From Desulfobacterales bacterium (GTDB lineage: Bacteria; Desulfobacterota; Desulfobacteria; Desulfobacterales; JAHEIW01), in contig JARRJQ010000059.1 in assembly GCA_037388985.1 (NCBI GenBank), positions 1 through 32,949 of the forward strand: a stretch of 32,949 nt of DNA, written 5' to 3'. The notes under the pieces are model-generated. The model had not been told where the DNA came from. It was given only the letters and a program-made list of their open reading frames with translations, and searched no databases. The position numbers and the translations under genes are program-made. Shown here one piece after another: positions 18,105 to 25,941 of this stretch (its first letter is position 1; every line of letters begins with the position of its first letter).

Positions 18105-18215
18105 GATCGTTTATCCTGGCACGAATCGTTAATGGTTAATCGGGGGTTCAGACAAAGAAACAAAGCGATGTATTTCTTGTCATCTTTTAGCGGTATGCCA
18201 GCTTTACGTGCACCT

Positions 18216-18245
18216 TGTATACTGTATACAGGATAAAACTGTCAA
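18216..18245 (-). promoter_or_regulatory. Minus-strand promoter TTGACA-N18-TATACA overlapped by the palindrome TGTATAC-T-GTATACA
   Basis: The palindrome spans 18216-18230. The -35 is the complement of 18240-18245 and the -10 is the complement of 18216-18221. It lies about 110 nt upstream of the carboxyltransferase start (18104). The architecture is identical to the site at 21804-21835. Confidence 0.5.
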
Positions 18246-18340
18246 TTGTTTACTTCAAGAATCATTGCCTTTTTTGAAGGGATGCAGACGCTCTTTGTCG
18301 ATTTATGATCTTTGCAATCTATAAATTAAATAAAATTCAG

Positions 18341-18369
18341 TTGATTGTCAGACCACACTTCCTTATAAA
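18341..18369 (+). promoter_or_regulatory. Candidate sigma70 promoter for the crotonase gene
   Basis: TTGATT (18341-18346), a 17-nt spacer, then TATAAA (18364-18369). It lies about 40 nt upstream of the GGAGG RBS and the GTG start at 18410. Confidence 0.35.
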
Positions 18370-18409
18370 TGCATGACTTTTAAATTTTTTAACAACCTGG
18401 AGGTATTCT

Positions 18410-19207
18410 GTGGCAAAAAAGTTCCTGCTAACAAAGATCGAAAATCATATCTGTACCCTGACCCTCAGCCGGCCGGAAAAGAAGAATTCGCTTTCTCTCG
18501 ATTTGATCAAGCTGCTTCAATTAACTTTGCACGAAATAGCTGAAGACGATGGTGTACGAGTAGTTATTCTGCGCGGGGCAGGGGATGAGGCCTTTTGTTC
18601 GGGCTTTGATATCGGCTCGCTGCCCACAAAATCCAAAGAAGATGCAGATCAAAGATTAAAATCACTGGATCAGGTTGAGTCGTTATTACAAGTACTGATA
18701 CGCTTTCCATGCCCGGTGATTGCCATGCTGAATGGCTTTGCGTTCGGTCTGGGATGTGAGCTGGCGATGTGTTGCGACATTCGTATTGGTGCCGAGCACA
18801 TTCGCATGGGAGTGCCGCCGGCAAGGCTTGGCTTGGTTTACCCATGGACCGGATTGCAGCGTTTTATTCAGCGCATCGGGTTGCAAAGCACCAAAGAAAT
18901 ATTTTTTACCGGACGCACCTATGCCGGTCAGCGAATCAAAGAGCTTGGGTTGGTAGATTATCTTGTACCCGGCAATGAGCTGGAAGAATTTACCTATCGC
19001 TTAGCTGAGGAAATTGCTGGCAATGCACCGCTGGCGCTAAAAGGCATTAAAAAGGTCATCAATTTGCTAACCCAATCTGAGCGTCTGGATCAAACCCGGT
19101 CGAAAGAAGCACAGGCGATCTTCAAAGCATCCCTGTTGAGTGAAGATATGCGGGAAGGCCAGGCTGCCTTTCTGGAGAAACGCCAGCCACGCTTTAAGGG
19201 AAAATAA
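18410..19207 (+). CDS. Crotonase-superfamily protein lacking the second catalytic Glu (decarboxylase/isomerase-like rather than a canonical hydratase)
   Basis: Crotonase fold (VVILRGAGDEAFCSGFDI, GFAFGLGCELAMCCD, AFLEKRQPRF). Canonical hydratases have ...PE..G at the second catalytic position; this protein reads RMGVPPARLGLVYP. Confidence 0.8.
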   Translation: MAKKFLLTKIENHICTLTLSRPEKKNSLSLDLIKLLQLTLHEIAEDDGVRVVILRGAGDEAFCSGFDIGSLPTKSKEDADQRLKSLDQVESLLQVLIRFPCPVIAMLNGFAFGLGCELAMCCDIRIGAEHIRMGVPPARLGLVYPWTGLQRFIQRIGLQSTKEIFFTGRTYAGQRIKELGLVDYLVPGNELEEFTYRLAEEIAGNAPLALKGIKKVINLLTQSERLDQTRSKEAQAIFKASLLSEDMREGQAAFLEKRQPRFKGK

Positions 19208-19566
19208 CTTTTAGCATGCGTAAAGTGCCCGTATGACTTTAAATTATTAAATTTTAAATTTAATGAATTATATTTATTCAACTGAATTTATTAATAAATT
19301 GTATAAATATCATCACGTAAACCGATCGGTTTTACGAATTGCAGAGGGGCAAAAGCAATTAAAGTAATCCGATAAAGAATCCGATATAATTTTGAGAACC
19401 CGTTTCTTGGACTTTTTAATCCGGGGTGCAATTGAATGACTGACCTAGTGTGCCGTCCCAGAAATAATTTACAAAATTTAAGCCGGTCATGTCATTTCCT
19501 CAAAGGCGATCTGAATTCTAAGTTGCCTGGGACACGATACTAGTATTTTAAAGGACGAATACCTGC

Positions 19567-20007
19567 ATGAAAATTTCAGAAAATTCATTGAAAAGATATA
19601 ATGTGGTTATTCCAAAATTATTTCAGATCATTTTAAATTTACCTGAAGAAAAGCAACTCATTCTATTACAATATGCTGAAGAACTTTTGATAAAAGAAAG
19701 ACGTGCGTTTATCCGAAAAAAATGCTCGATTCCAGTCAGTTATGCAACCTATGATCGCGTTTATTCCAACATCATCAAAAATATCAGTCAAAAAGGGGTG
19801 TTTATCCAAACCCAGCGCCCGCTATTTGTCGGAGAAGAACTCATTTTATCGTTTACGGTTGCCGGTTTTGGCACCCCCTTGAAAATTAAGGGCGAAATCG
19901 TCCAAGTTTCGCGGAACGGAATCGGCGTTGAATTTAAAAATATGAGTCCTTATATTAAAGAGATGCTCGGTACGCTTATCGAACGGATAAAAGAAACAAT
20001 TGATTAA
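19567..20007 (+). CDS. Single-domain PilZ protein (candidate c-di-GMP receptor)
   Basis: RRxxxR motif (ERRAFIRKK) and (D/N)xSxxG motif (NISQKGVFI) with appropriate spacing. 146 aa. Confidence 0.75.
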   Translation: MKISENSLKRYNVVIPKLFQIILNLPEEKQLILLQYAEELLIKERRAFIRKKCSIPVSYATYDRVYSNIIKNISQKGVFIQTQRPLFVGEELILSFTVAGFGTPLKIKGEIVQVSRNGIGVEFKNMSPYIKEMLGTLIERIKETID

Positions 20008-20053
20008 TTTATTTTAATTACAAAAACTTATATCATTATCTTTAACCAGATTA

Positions 20054-20521
20054 TTAAGTTAAATTCCTTCCGATTTCATAGGTCATAAAACATACACAAA
20101 ACGGTAAATGGCTGAATTCCTTTGTTTCGCCTTCTTTAAAACCGATCTTCTGATACCACATTTTTAAGTCCGTTTGTTCGGCAATAATACCAATGCTGAT
20201 CGATTTTGTTCCCCATGCCCTCGCTGTGTCCAAAACCTGATGAGCGAGCTGATTGCCAAAACCCTTGCATCTTTTTTCCGGCAATACCGCCAACCGTTCA
20301 AGATAACAAAGATCATTGGTGGCCTTTTCGATCGCCACGCATCCTACCGGCAGGCCGTTTAGTTCGTCATCCGTGCAGTTTGAGGGATGCTTGGGACAAT
20401 TTTCGGGAGTAAGTCCAAATTTAACGGCCACATCGCGAAAAGATTTACGAATAATGGAGGATAAAAGCGCGATATCTGCAGAATTAGCCTTGCGGATTCT
20501 AATGAAATGATGTGCGATCAC
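20054..20521 (-). CDS. GNAT-family N-acetyltransferase
   Basis: Acetyl-CoA binding region LERLAVLPEKRCKGFGNQLAHQVLDTA, and the C-terminal segment WYQKIGFKEGE. Confidence 0.8.
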   Translation of the reverse strand: MIAHHFIRIRKANSADIALLSSIIRKSFRDVAVKFGLTPENCPKHPSNCTDDELNGLPVGCVAIEKATNDLCYLERLAVLPEKRCKGFGNQLAHQVLDTARAWGTKSISIGIIAEQTDLKMWYQKIGFKEGETKEFSHLPFCVCFMTYEIGRNLT

Positions 20522-20561
20522 TTAAAAGCTACCTCACTCGCATTTGTTTTGCCCAACACCC

Positions 20562-21077
20562 TCATGCTTTATCATTTTGCTGATTCCAGGGCCGAAGCCG
20601 AGGGATCCAGCGGGGCACATGGGCTTTATATTTACGGTAGCTATCGCCGAATCTTTTTTCCAGACCCTTTTCCTCGATAAGGGGAAAGTAGATTGAGTTA
20701 CCCATAAAAAAGATTACCATCCACAATGATATGGGCCAGGATTGAAACAGCATGGCTTCGGCCAGGAGCATGAGCACAGCGCCGGTAATCATCGGGTTTC
20801 TCACATGGCGGTAAGGGCCCCGAATGACCAGTTTTTTGGGGGGATCCCACGGAGCGGGGGTGCCATCGCCAAAATTCACAAACAATTTCACTGTCCAGAC
20901 AGCCAGTCCCAGGCCGGCACCAGCCGGCAAAAGCGCCAGCCAGAATAAAACCTGATGCGGTGTTAAAAGCTGATAAGAAAAATTTGAGTTATCGGCGATG
21001 GCTAAAATAATTGCCGGCACTAAAACGAGCGCTGTTCCGGGTAAAATGATGATGGTTTTAACAACTCTTCGGTTCAT
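20562..21077 (-). CDS. Isoprenylcysteine carboxyl / phospholipid methyltransferase-family membrane protein
   Basis: Multi-TM protein with LVIRGPYRHVRNPMITGAVLMLL and EEKGLEKRFGDSYRKYKAHVPRWIP, typical of the ICMT/PEMT family. Confidence 0.75.
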   Translation of the reverse strand: MNRRVVKTIIILPGTALVLVPAIILAIADNSNFSYQLLTPHQVLFWLALLPAGAGLGLAVWTVKLFVNFGDGTPAPWDPPKKLVIRGPYRHVRNPMITGAVLMLLAEAMLFQSWPISLWMVIFFMGNSIYFPLIEEKGLEKRFGDSYRKYKAHVPRWIPRLRPWNQQNDKA

Positions 21078-21123
21078 ATCGAGTTACGTCCCTCAGTCCA
21101 GTAGAACAACTGCGATGCCCGAT

Positions 21124-21615
21124 TTAAATTTTTTTAAATGCTTCGATTGTATCGGTTATTTGATCCAGATGATTTTCCAGATGCCTCAGATAATCTACCA
21201 TTAAATCGAAAAGCGTAACACTGGTTTGTGCACCAGATTCCCAGACATGCATAAGGCAGGTTGGATCTACCGAGCGGATGATATGGGCCAATTGGTTATT
21301 GAAATGACGCCACAGGCCTAATAAATCTTCCCATCTTCTATTCTGGTAGTTTTGTATTCTGACCCAGTGGATGTTGTCCTGTCCGTAGTCAGGGAAGTTG
21401 AGATGTTTCACCAGCTGAAGACGCACAAAGCGCTGGTGGTTGTTGGAGGCCGAATCGATCAAGTGACCGATGATTTCTTTGGCTGACCAGGCGTGTTCAG
21501 ATGGGCGAAATGTCAATGTTTTATCAGGCAAGCGATGCCAGCGCTCAACCGCGGCCTTGACCTGCTGTTCGATTTTGTTTGCAACATTATTGAGTTTGCC
21601 AATTTTCTGATTCAT
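21124..21615 (-). CDS. DinB-family protein
   Basis: WSAKEIIGHLIDSASNNHQRFVR and the C-terminal histidines DYLRHLENHLDQI fit the DinB four-helix metal-binding family. Confidence 0.8.
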   Translation of the reverse strand: MNQKIGKLNNVANKIEQQVKAAVERWHRLPDKTLTFRPSEHAWSAKEIIGHLIDSASNNHQRFVRLQLVKHLNFPDYGQDNIHWVRIQNYQNRRWEDLLGLWRHFNNQLAHIIRSVDPTCLMHVWESGAQTSVTLFDLMVDYLRHLENHLDQITDTIEAFKKI

Positions 21616-21803
21616 ACCTAACTCCTTTACCCTCGGCGCTGCATAACAAAGCCAGAAGTAATTTCACGAAAATCTACCGTAAAACTCAGGGCGATTTTAA
21701 AATTCTGCGGGTATCAAAAGCAAGCAAAAATTCCGATGATGCCTGCACTGTTCAACTCATCAGTCTTAACTAAAGAAAAATATCTTTCTTCTTAAAACAT
21801 TGC

Positions 21804-21835
21804 TTGACATCTGTACTTTGTATACCGTATACAAA
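21804..21835 (+). promoter_or_regulatory. Promoter TTGACA-N18-TATACA overlapped by the palindrome TTTGTATAC-C-GTATACAAA
   Basis: TTGACA at 21804-21809, palindrome at 21817-21835, TATACA at 21828-21833. The preceding context TTGCTTGACA is identical to the site at 10907-10916. It lies about 90 nt upstream of the CoA-transferase start. Confidence 0.55.
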
Positions 21836-21924
21836 ATTGAATTCACACCTTATTTTGTCGATGATTCTGAAGCAAAAGACCTCACAATCTTTAACCCCCA
21901 ACTTTGATGCATATGGAGAGCCAC

Positions 21925-23115
21925 ATGGATTTTTTCAACGACCTCACCGTGCTTTCCCTGGAACAGGCGACTGTGCTGCCATATTTAACCTATCGACTGG
22001 CGCATGATGGCATGAATGTCATTCGGCTGGAACATCCCGTTTACGGGGATCCGAATCGATTTATCGGTGAAAATGTCCTCAATGAAAAACGGATGAACGC
22101 CTATTTTTTGTGTATCAATGCAGGTAAACAAGCGTTAACTTTAAATCTTGCTGAAGATGAGGGAGGCAAGATTTTTCGTTCTTTGATCAAAGAGCTTAAT
22201 GTGGACATCTTCGCAACCAATCAGCTGCCCAAAAATTACCAGAAACTGGGAATCGATTACGACAGTCTCAAGGCTTTGCGGCCGGACATCATCTGGCTGG
22301 GAGTAACGGGTTTCGGTCCCGACAGCAATGAAGCAGCCTACGACCCGATATTGCAGGCCCGATCCGGTTTGATGGAGCTGACTGGTGAAGCTGATGGAGA
22401 TCCTCAGATTATGGGCATCCCCTTGCCGGATATGGGCACCAGCGAGCATGCTTATGGTTTGCTGATGAAAGCCCTTTATAAACGTAAGGTCACCGGGGAA
22501 GGCAGCTGCATTAATCTGGCGATGTTCGAATCCACGGTATCTTGGCTGACCGTGCCGATTACCTTAACCGGCAGTTTCGGCAAAAGGATCAGCCGCCGGG
22601 GCAATACGCACGAATTTTTTGCGCCGGTCTCTGTCTATAAGACGCAAAACGGGTTTGTTTATCTGGCGGTTGGCAACGATCGTCAATGGAAAGCAATTGT
22701 ATCCCAGAAAATATTTAAAATCCTGGACAAGCAAGCGTATGAAAAAAATGAGGGCCGCATAAAAGATGTTAAAAATTTAAACCAGGCGATCAATGAAATT
22801 ACACGAAATCACAATTCCGAGGATCTAATCGAATTGTTCACCGCGATTACGGTTCCTATCAGCAAAATTCAAGCTGTCAACGAAGTTATCAAAGATCCGT
22901 TGGTTAAACGCAGGCTGTTGTTCGCCGAGGATCCAGTGACCGGCATGCGCATTACGCTGGCACCACCACCGAATATGACACCATTTCTTGAACGATCCAA
23001 TCGCATGCTTTCTTTCCCACCGCGATTCGGAGAACACAATGCAAAAATATACGGCAGCCGGCTGGGATATTCTGCTGATGATCTTGTCCGCTTGAAAGAA
23101 AATAGCATTATTTAA
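21925..23115 (+). CDS. Family III (CaiB/BaiF/Frc-type) CoA-transferase
   Basis: MDFFNDLTVLSLEQATVLPYLTYRLAHDGMNVIRLEHPVYGDPNR... and the active-site Asp region GIPLPDMGTSEHAYGLLMKAL. The start is uncertain: TTG 21904, ATG 21907, ATG 21913 and ATG 21925 are all in frame. 21925 is chosen because GGAG (21914-21917) precedes it. Confidence 0.85.
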   Translation: MDFFNDLTVLSLEQATVLPYLTYRLAHDGMNVIRLEHPVYGDPNRFIGENVLNEKRMNAYFLCINAGKQALTLNLAEDEGGKIFRSLIKELNVDIFATNQLPKNYQKLGIDYDSLKALRPDIIWLGVTGFGPDSNEAAYDPILQARSGLMELTGEADGDPQIMGIPLPDMGTSEHAYGLLMKALYKRKVTGEGSCINLAMFESTVSWLTVPITLTGSFGKRISRRGNTHEFFAPVSVYKTQNGFVYLAVGNDRQWKAIVSQKIFKILDKQAYEKNEGRIKDVKNLNQAINEITRNHNSEDLIELFTAITVPISKIQAVNEVIKDPLVKRRLLFAEDPVTGMRITLAPPPNMTPFLERSNRMLSFPPRFGEHNAKIYGSRLGYSADDLVRLKENSII

Positions 23116-23147
23116 GCCATGATTTAATTGAATTTAAGGCAGTTATT

Positions 23148-23753
23148 ATGAAAAAAAGGGCCTCGTTAAATGATCTTGATTTTGGGCCGCTTCAGGCCTT
23201 TCAAGAGCGAAAATCCTTAGGTGAGCATGTTTTTGAGAGCCTAAAACAGGCGATTATCAGAGGCAAAATATCCGCTAATGAATGGCTGGTCGAAAGTCAC
23301 ATTGCTGAAACCCTTGGAATCAGCCGGACACCCGTACGCGAGGCTATTCACAAACTTGAACGCGAAGGGCTCATCGAGCGACAACCTCGTGGCGGGTTTA
23401 CCGTGCTAGGGCTGAATCGAAATGACATCGAAGAAACTTTCGGCCTTCGTAGTTTACTGGAGGGCTATGCTGCAAGGCTCGCCGCCGTTAAACATAAACC
23501 GTTCGAACTGAAATCATTGGAGAAGAAAAGTGATCAAATTTATCGATATAGAGAGATGATTCTTAAAGAGCAAGAATTTGCCTCGACCAGCAATTTGGAC
23601 CACAAAAAGATGTTGAAATATATTCGGAAGCGGGATGCTAAAGGTGCAGAGCGAGCAGTAAAGGATCATATTTTAAGGGGGCAGGAAATGGTTTTGAAAG
23701 AATATGACAAACAACGATTGGATCAAGCCGAGCAAGTATTGAGGAACGATTGA
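23148..23753 (+). CDS. GntR-family transcriptional regulator (FadR/FCD-like C-terminal domain)
   Basis: Winged-HTH segment LVESHIAETLGISRTPVREAIHKLEREGLIE, followed by an all-helical C-terminal domain. Its stop (23751-23753) abuts the ATG of the next gene at 23755. Confidence 0.85.
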   Translation: MKKRASLNDLDFGPLQAFQERKSLGEHVFESLKQAIIRGKISANEWLVESHIAETLGISRTPVREAIHKLEREGLIERQPRGGFTVLGLNRNDIEETFGLRSLLEGYAARLAAVKHKPFELKSLEKKSDQIYRYREMILKEQEFASTSNLDHKKMLKYIRKRDAKGAERAVKDHILRGQEMVLKEYDKQRLDQAEQVLRND

Positions 23754-23754
23754 A

Positions 23755-24150
23755 ATGGCGGAAAAGAAAATAAAAATATTGATCGGTAAACCCGGGCTGG
23801 ACGGGCATGATCGCGGAGCCAAAGTAATCGCTCTAGCTTTGAGGGATGCCGGCATGGAAGTTATTTATACAGGGCTGCACCAGACAGTTGAGCAGATTGT
23901 TAAAGCCGCTATGCAGGAAGCGGTTGATATTGTCGGATTGAGCATCATGTCCGGCGCTCATCTTCCGATCTGCCGCAAGATTTTACAGATGATGAAAAGA
24001 GAAGGCATTCAAGAAATCCCGGTTGTGGTCGGCGGGGTCATTCCCAAACAGGATATTCCCAAGTTGAAGAAAGTGGGAATCGCCGCAGTTTTTCCCGGTG
24101 GAACGGCTTTTGATGAAATCGTTAGCGGCATCAAAAAAGTCGTTAAGTAA
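23755..24150 (+). CDS. B12-binding small subunit of an acyl-CoA mutase
   Basis: IGKPGLDGHDRGAKVIALALRDAGMEVIY (DxHxxG cobalamin motif), GLSIMSGAH, and VVVGGVIP. Confidence 0.9.
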   Translation: MAEKKIKILIGKPGLDGHDRGAKVIALALRDAGMEVIYTGLHQTVEQIVKAAMQEAVDIVGLSIMSGAHLPICRKILQMMKREGIQEIPVVVGGVIPKQDIPKLKKVGIAAVFPGGTAFDEIVSGIKKVVK

Positions 24151-24154
24151 ATAC

Positions 24155-24271
24155 AAAATGCCTAAAATTGAGGAATCCTGTCCATTTTAGTAAAGTTAAT
24201 AAAAAGAATGGAGCTTCGCGACACCATAACTTTAGGCACTTTAGCTCATTTTAGTTCATTTTAGGCATTTT
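24155..24271. repeat. 14-bp inverted repeat pair enclosing ~10-bp-phased CAYTTTAG repeats, in the spacer between the mutase subunits
   Basis: AAAATGCCTAAAAT (24155-24168) and its exact reverse complement ATTTTAGGCATTTT (24258-24271). CACTTTAG/CATTTTAG/CATTTTAG/CATTTTAA begin at 24237, 24247, 24257 and 24266, with a further CATTTTAG at 24183. Confidence 0.5.
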
Positions 24272-24301
24272 AATTTTTAGAGCTTTTTTTAAGGAGCAAA
24301 C

Positions 24302-25936
24302 ATGGGAGTAGCAAAATACGTTAAAGATGAAAAAGACGCCATCAAAGAGGTTATCTATCAATCCGGAATCAAGGTAAAGCCGGTTTATACCCCTGAAGAT
24401 CTCGAAAAAATCGGCTTTGATTATGAAAATGATTTAGGCGATCCCGGGGAATATCCGTTCACCCGCAACTTGCATCCACAAGGGTATCGATCCCGTGCTT
24501 GGACGACTCGCCAGTATACGGGTTTTGGCACCCCTCAGGAAACCAATGAGCGATTCAAGTTAATGATTTCGCACGGACAAACGGGCCTGAATGTGGCCTT
24601 CGATTTACCGACTCAGATGGGATATGATTCGGATACTCCCGAAGCTTTGGGGGAAGTCGGCCGGGTGGGTATGGCCGTCGATTCACTGCGCGATTTTGAA
24701 ATTGCATTCCAAGACATTCCGCTGGATCGCATCGGGTCGGGACTAACGATCAATGCGGTTGCATCGATTATGCTGGCAATGTATCAGACCGTGGCGGAAA
24801 AATTCGGTTACCCGAAAGAAAGGATCAGCGCGACACCGCAAAACGACATTCTTAAAGAAATGATCGGACGCGGGGCCTGGATATTTCCGGTAGAGCATGC
24901 TGTGAGGCTGGTGGGTGACAGCATTGAATATTCGGTTAAAGAGCTTCCGCGATGCAATCCGGTCAGCATCTGCGGCTATCACATCCGGGAATCCGGAGCG
25001 AACCCGGCTCAGGAAATTGCCTGCGCTTTCGAAATCGCCAAAACCTATATCGATAATGTCAAAGCCAGGGGGATGGCAGTCGAAGATTTCGTCGGAAGTT
25101 TTTCTTTTAACCTCAATGTATTCGGCAACCTGAGGGAACAAATCGCTAAATTTCGGGCCGCTCGCAAGCTCTGGGCGAAAATGCTCAAAGAAGAATATGG
25201 CGTTCAGGATAAAAAAATGCTCTTTCTGAGTGGACTTTTCGGTGGTGGCGGCAGCGGATTGACCAAAAGTCAGCCGGAAAACAACATCATGCGTGGCGCG
25301 TTTTATGCCCTGGGAGCTGCGCTGAGCGGTGCACAGACCATCGCCCTTTGTTCTATTGACGAAGCTTACACAATTCCGACACCCCGGGCAGCCTTGCTGT
25401 CTTTACGCACTCTGGAAATCATCATGGATGAGGTCGGGTTGCGCGACACGGTGGATCCGCTGGCAGGTTCCTACTTTATTGAGACTCTGACCAAACAGAT
25501 GGAAGGAAAGATCCTGGATGAAATGAAACAAATTCAGCAGGTCGGGGGTATGGTTCACGCCGTTGCTACCGGCTTTATCCAGCGAAAAGTTGCCCAACAG
25601 GCCTATGAATACGAAAAAGGGCTTCAAAAAGGCGAGTACATAAAAGTCGGCGTCAACAAATATACTGATGGGACAGAAGATCAAACCGATGTCGAACTTC
25701 ACGAATACAATGATCAATGGGCCGATAAACAGGTTGCGGGCCTAAAAGAGCTTCGTAAAACCCGTGATAATCGCGAAGTGTCACGGTTGCTGAAAGAATT
25801 GGAAAAGACAGCACGCAGCCAAAAAAATGTAATGCCTATTCTGGCGGATTGTTGCCGAGCATATGCAACAGTGGGAGAAATGGCCGGCGTGTTTCGAAAT
25901 GCCTTCGGCGAATGGCAAGAACCCAGCATTTTCTGA
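24302..25936 (+). CDS. Acyl-CoA mutase large (catalytic) subunit, divergent member of the methylmalonyl-CoA mutase family
   Basis: YPFTRNLHPQGYRSRAWTTRQYTGFGT, GQTGLNVAFDLPTQMGYDSD, PQNDILKEMIGRGAWIFP, ICGYHIRESGA, and C-terminal ATVGEMAGVF. RBS AAGGAG lies upstream of the ATG at 24302. Confidence 0.9.
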   Translation: MGVAKYVKDEKDAIKEVIYQSGIKVKPVYTPEDLEKIGFDYENDLGDPGEYPFTRNLHPQGYRSRAWTTRQYTGFGTPQETNERFKLMISHGQTGLNVAFDLPTQMGYDSDTPEALGEVGRVGMAVDSLRDFEIAFQDIPLDRIGSGLTINAVASIMLAMYQTVAEKFGYPKERISATPQNDILKEMIGRGAWIFPVEHAVRLVGDSIEYSVKELPRCNPVSICGYHIRESGANPAQEIACAFEIAKTYIDNVKARGMAVEDFVGSFSFNLNVFGNLREQIAKFRAARKLWAKMLKEEYGVQDKKMLFLSGLFGGGGSGLTKSQPENNIMRGAFYALGAALSGAQTIALCSIDEAYTIPTPRAALLSLRTLEIIMDEVGLRDTVDPLAGSYFIETLTKQMEGKILDEMKQIQQVGGMVHAVATGFIQRKVAQQAYEYEKGLQKGEYIKVGVNKYTDGTEDQTDVELHEYNDQWADKQVAGLKELRKTRDNREVSRLLKELEKTARSQKNVMPILADCCRAYATVGEMAGVFRNAFGEWQEPSIF

Positions 25937-25941
25937 AGCGG

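Noticed and set aside
18113-18131. Sigma54-type promoter (CTGGCACGAATCGTTAA)
   Set aside because: The TGGCAC element is present, but the -12 element (TTGC at the correct 4-5 nt spacing) is not.
19208-19566. c-di-GMP riboswitch upstream of the PilZ gene; also a cobalamin riboswitch near the mutase genes
   Set aside because: I could not recognise GEMM-I/II or B12-box consensus elements by eye. The mutase small subunit is translationally abutted to gntR, which leaves no leader. Both are kept only as a low-interest structural note, pending an Rfam scan.
20054-20521. Possible internal deletion in the GNAT protein (SNCTDDELNGLPVGCVAIE looks shorter than I remember for this subfamily)
   Set aside because: This rests only on memory of homologues. 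The acetyl-CoA binding core is intact and the ORF is uninterrupted, so it cannot be supported without an alignment.
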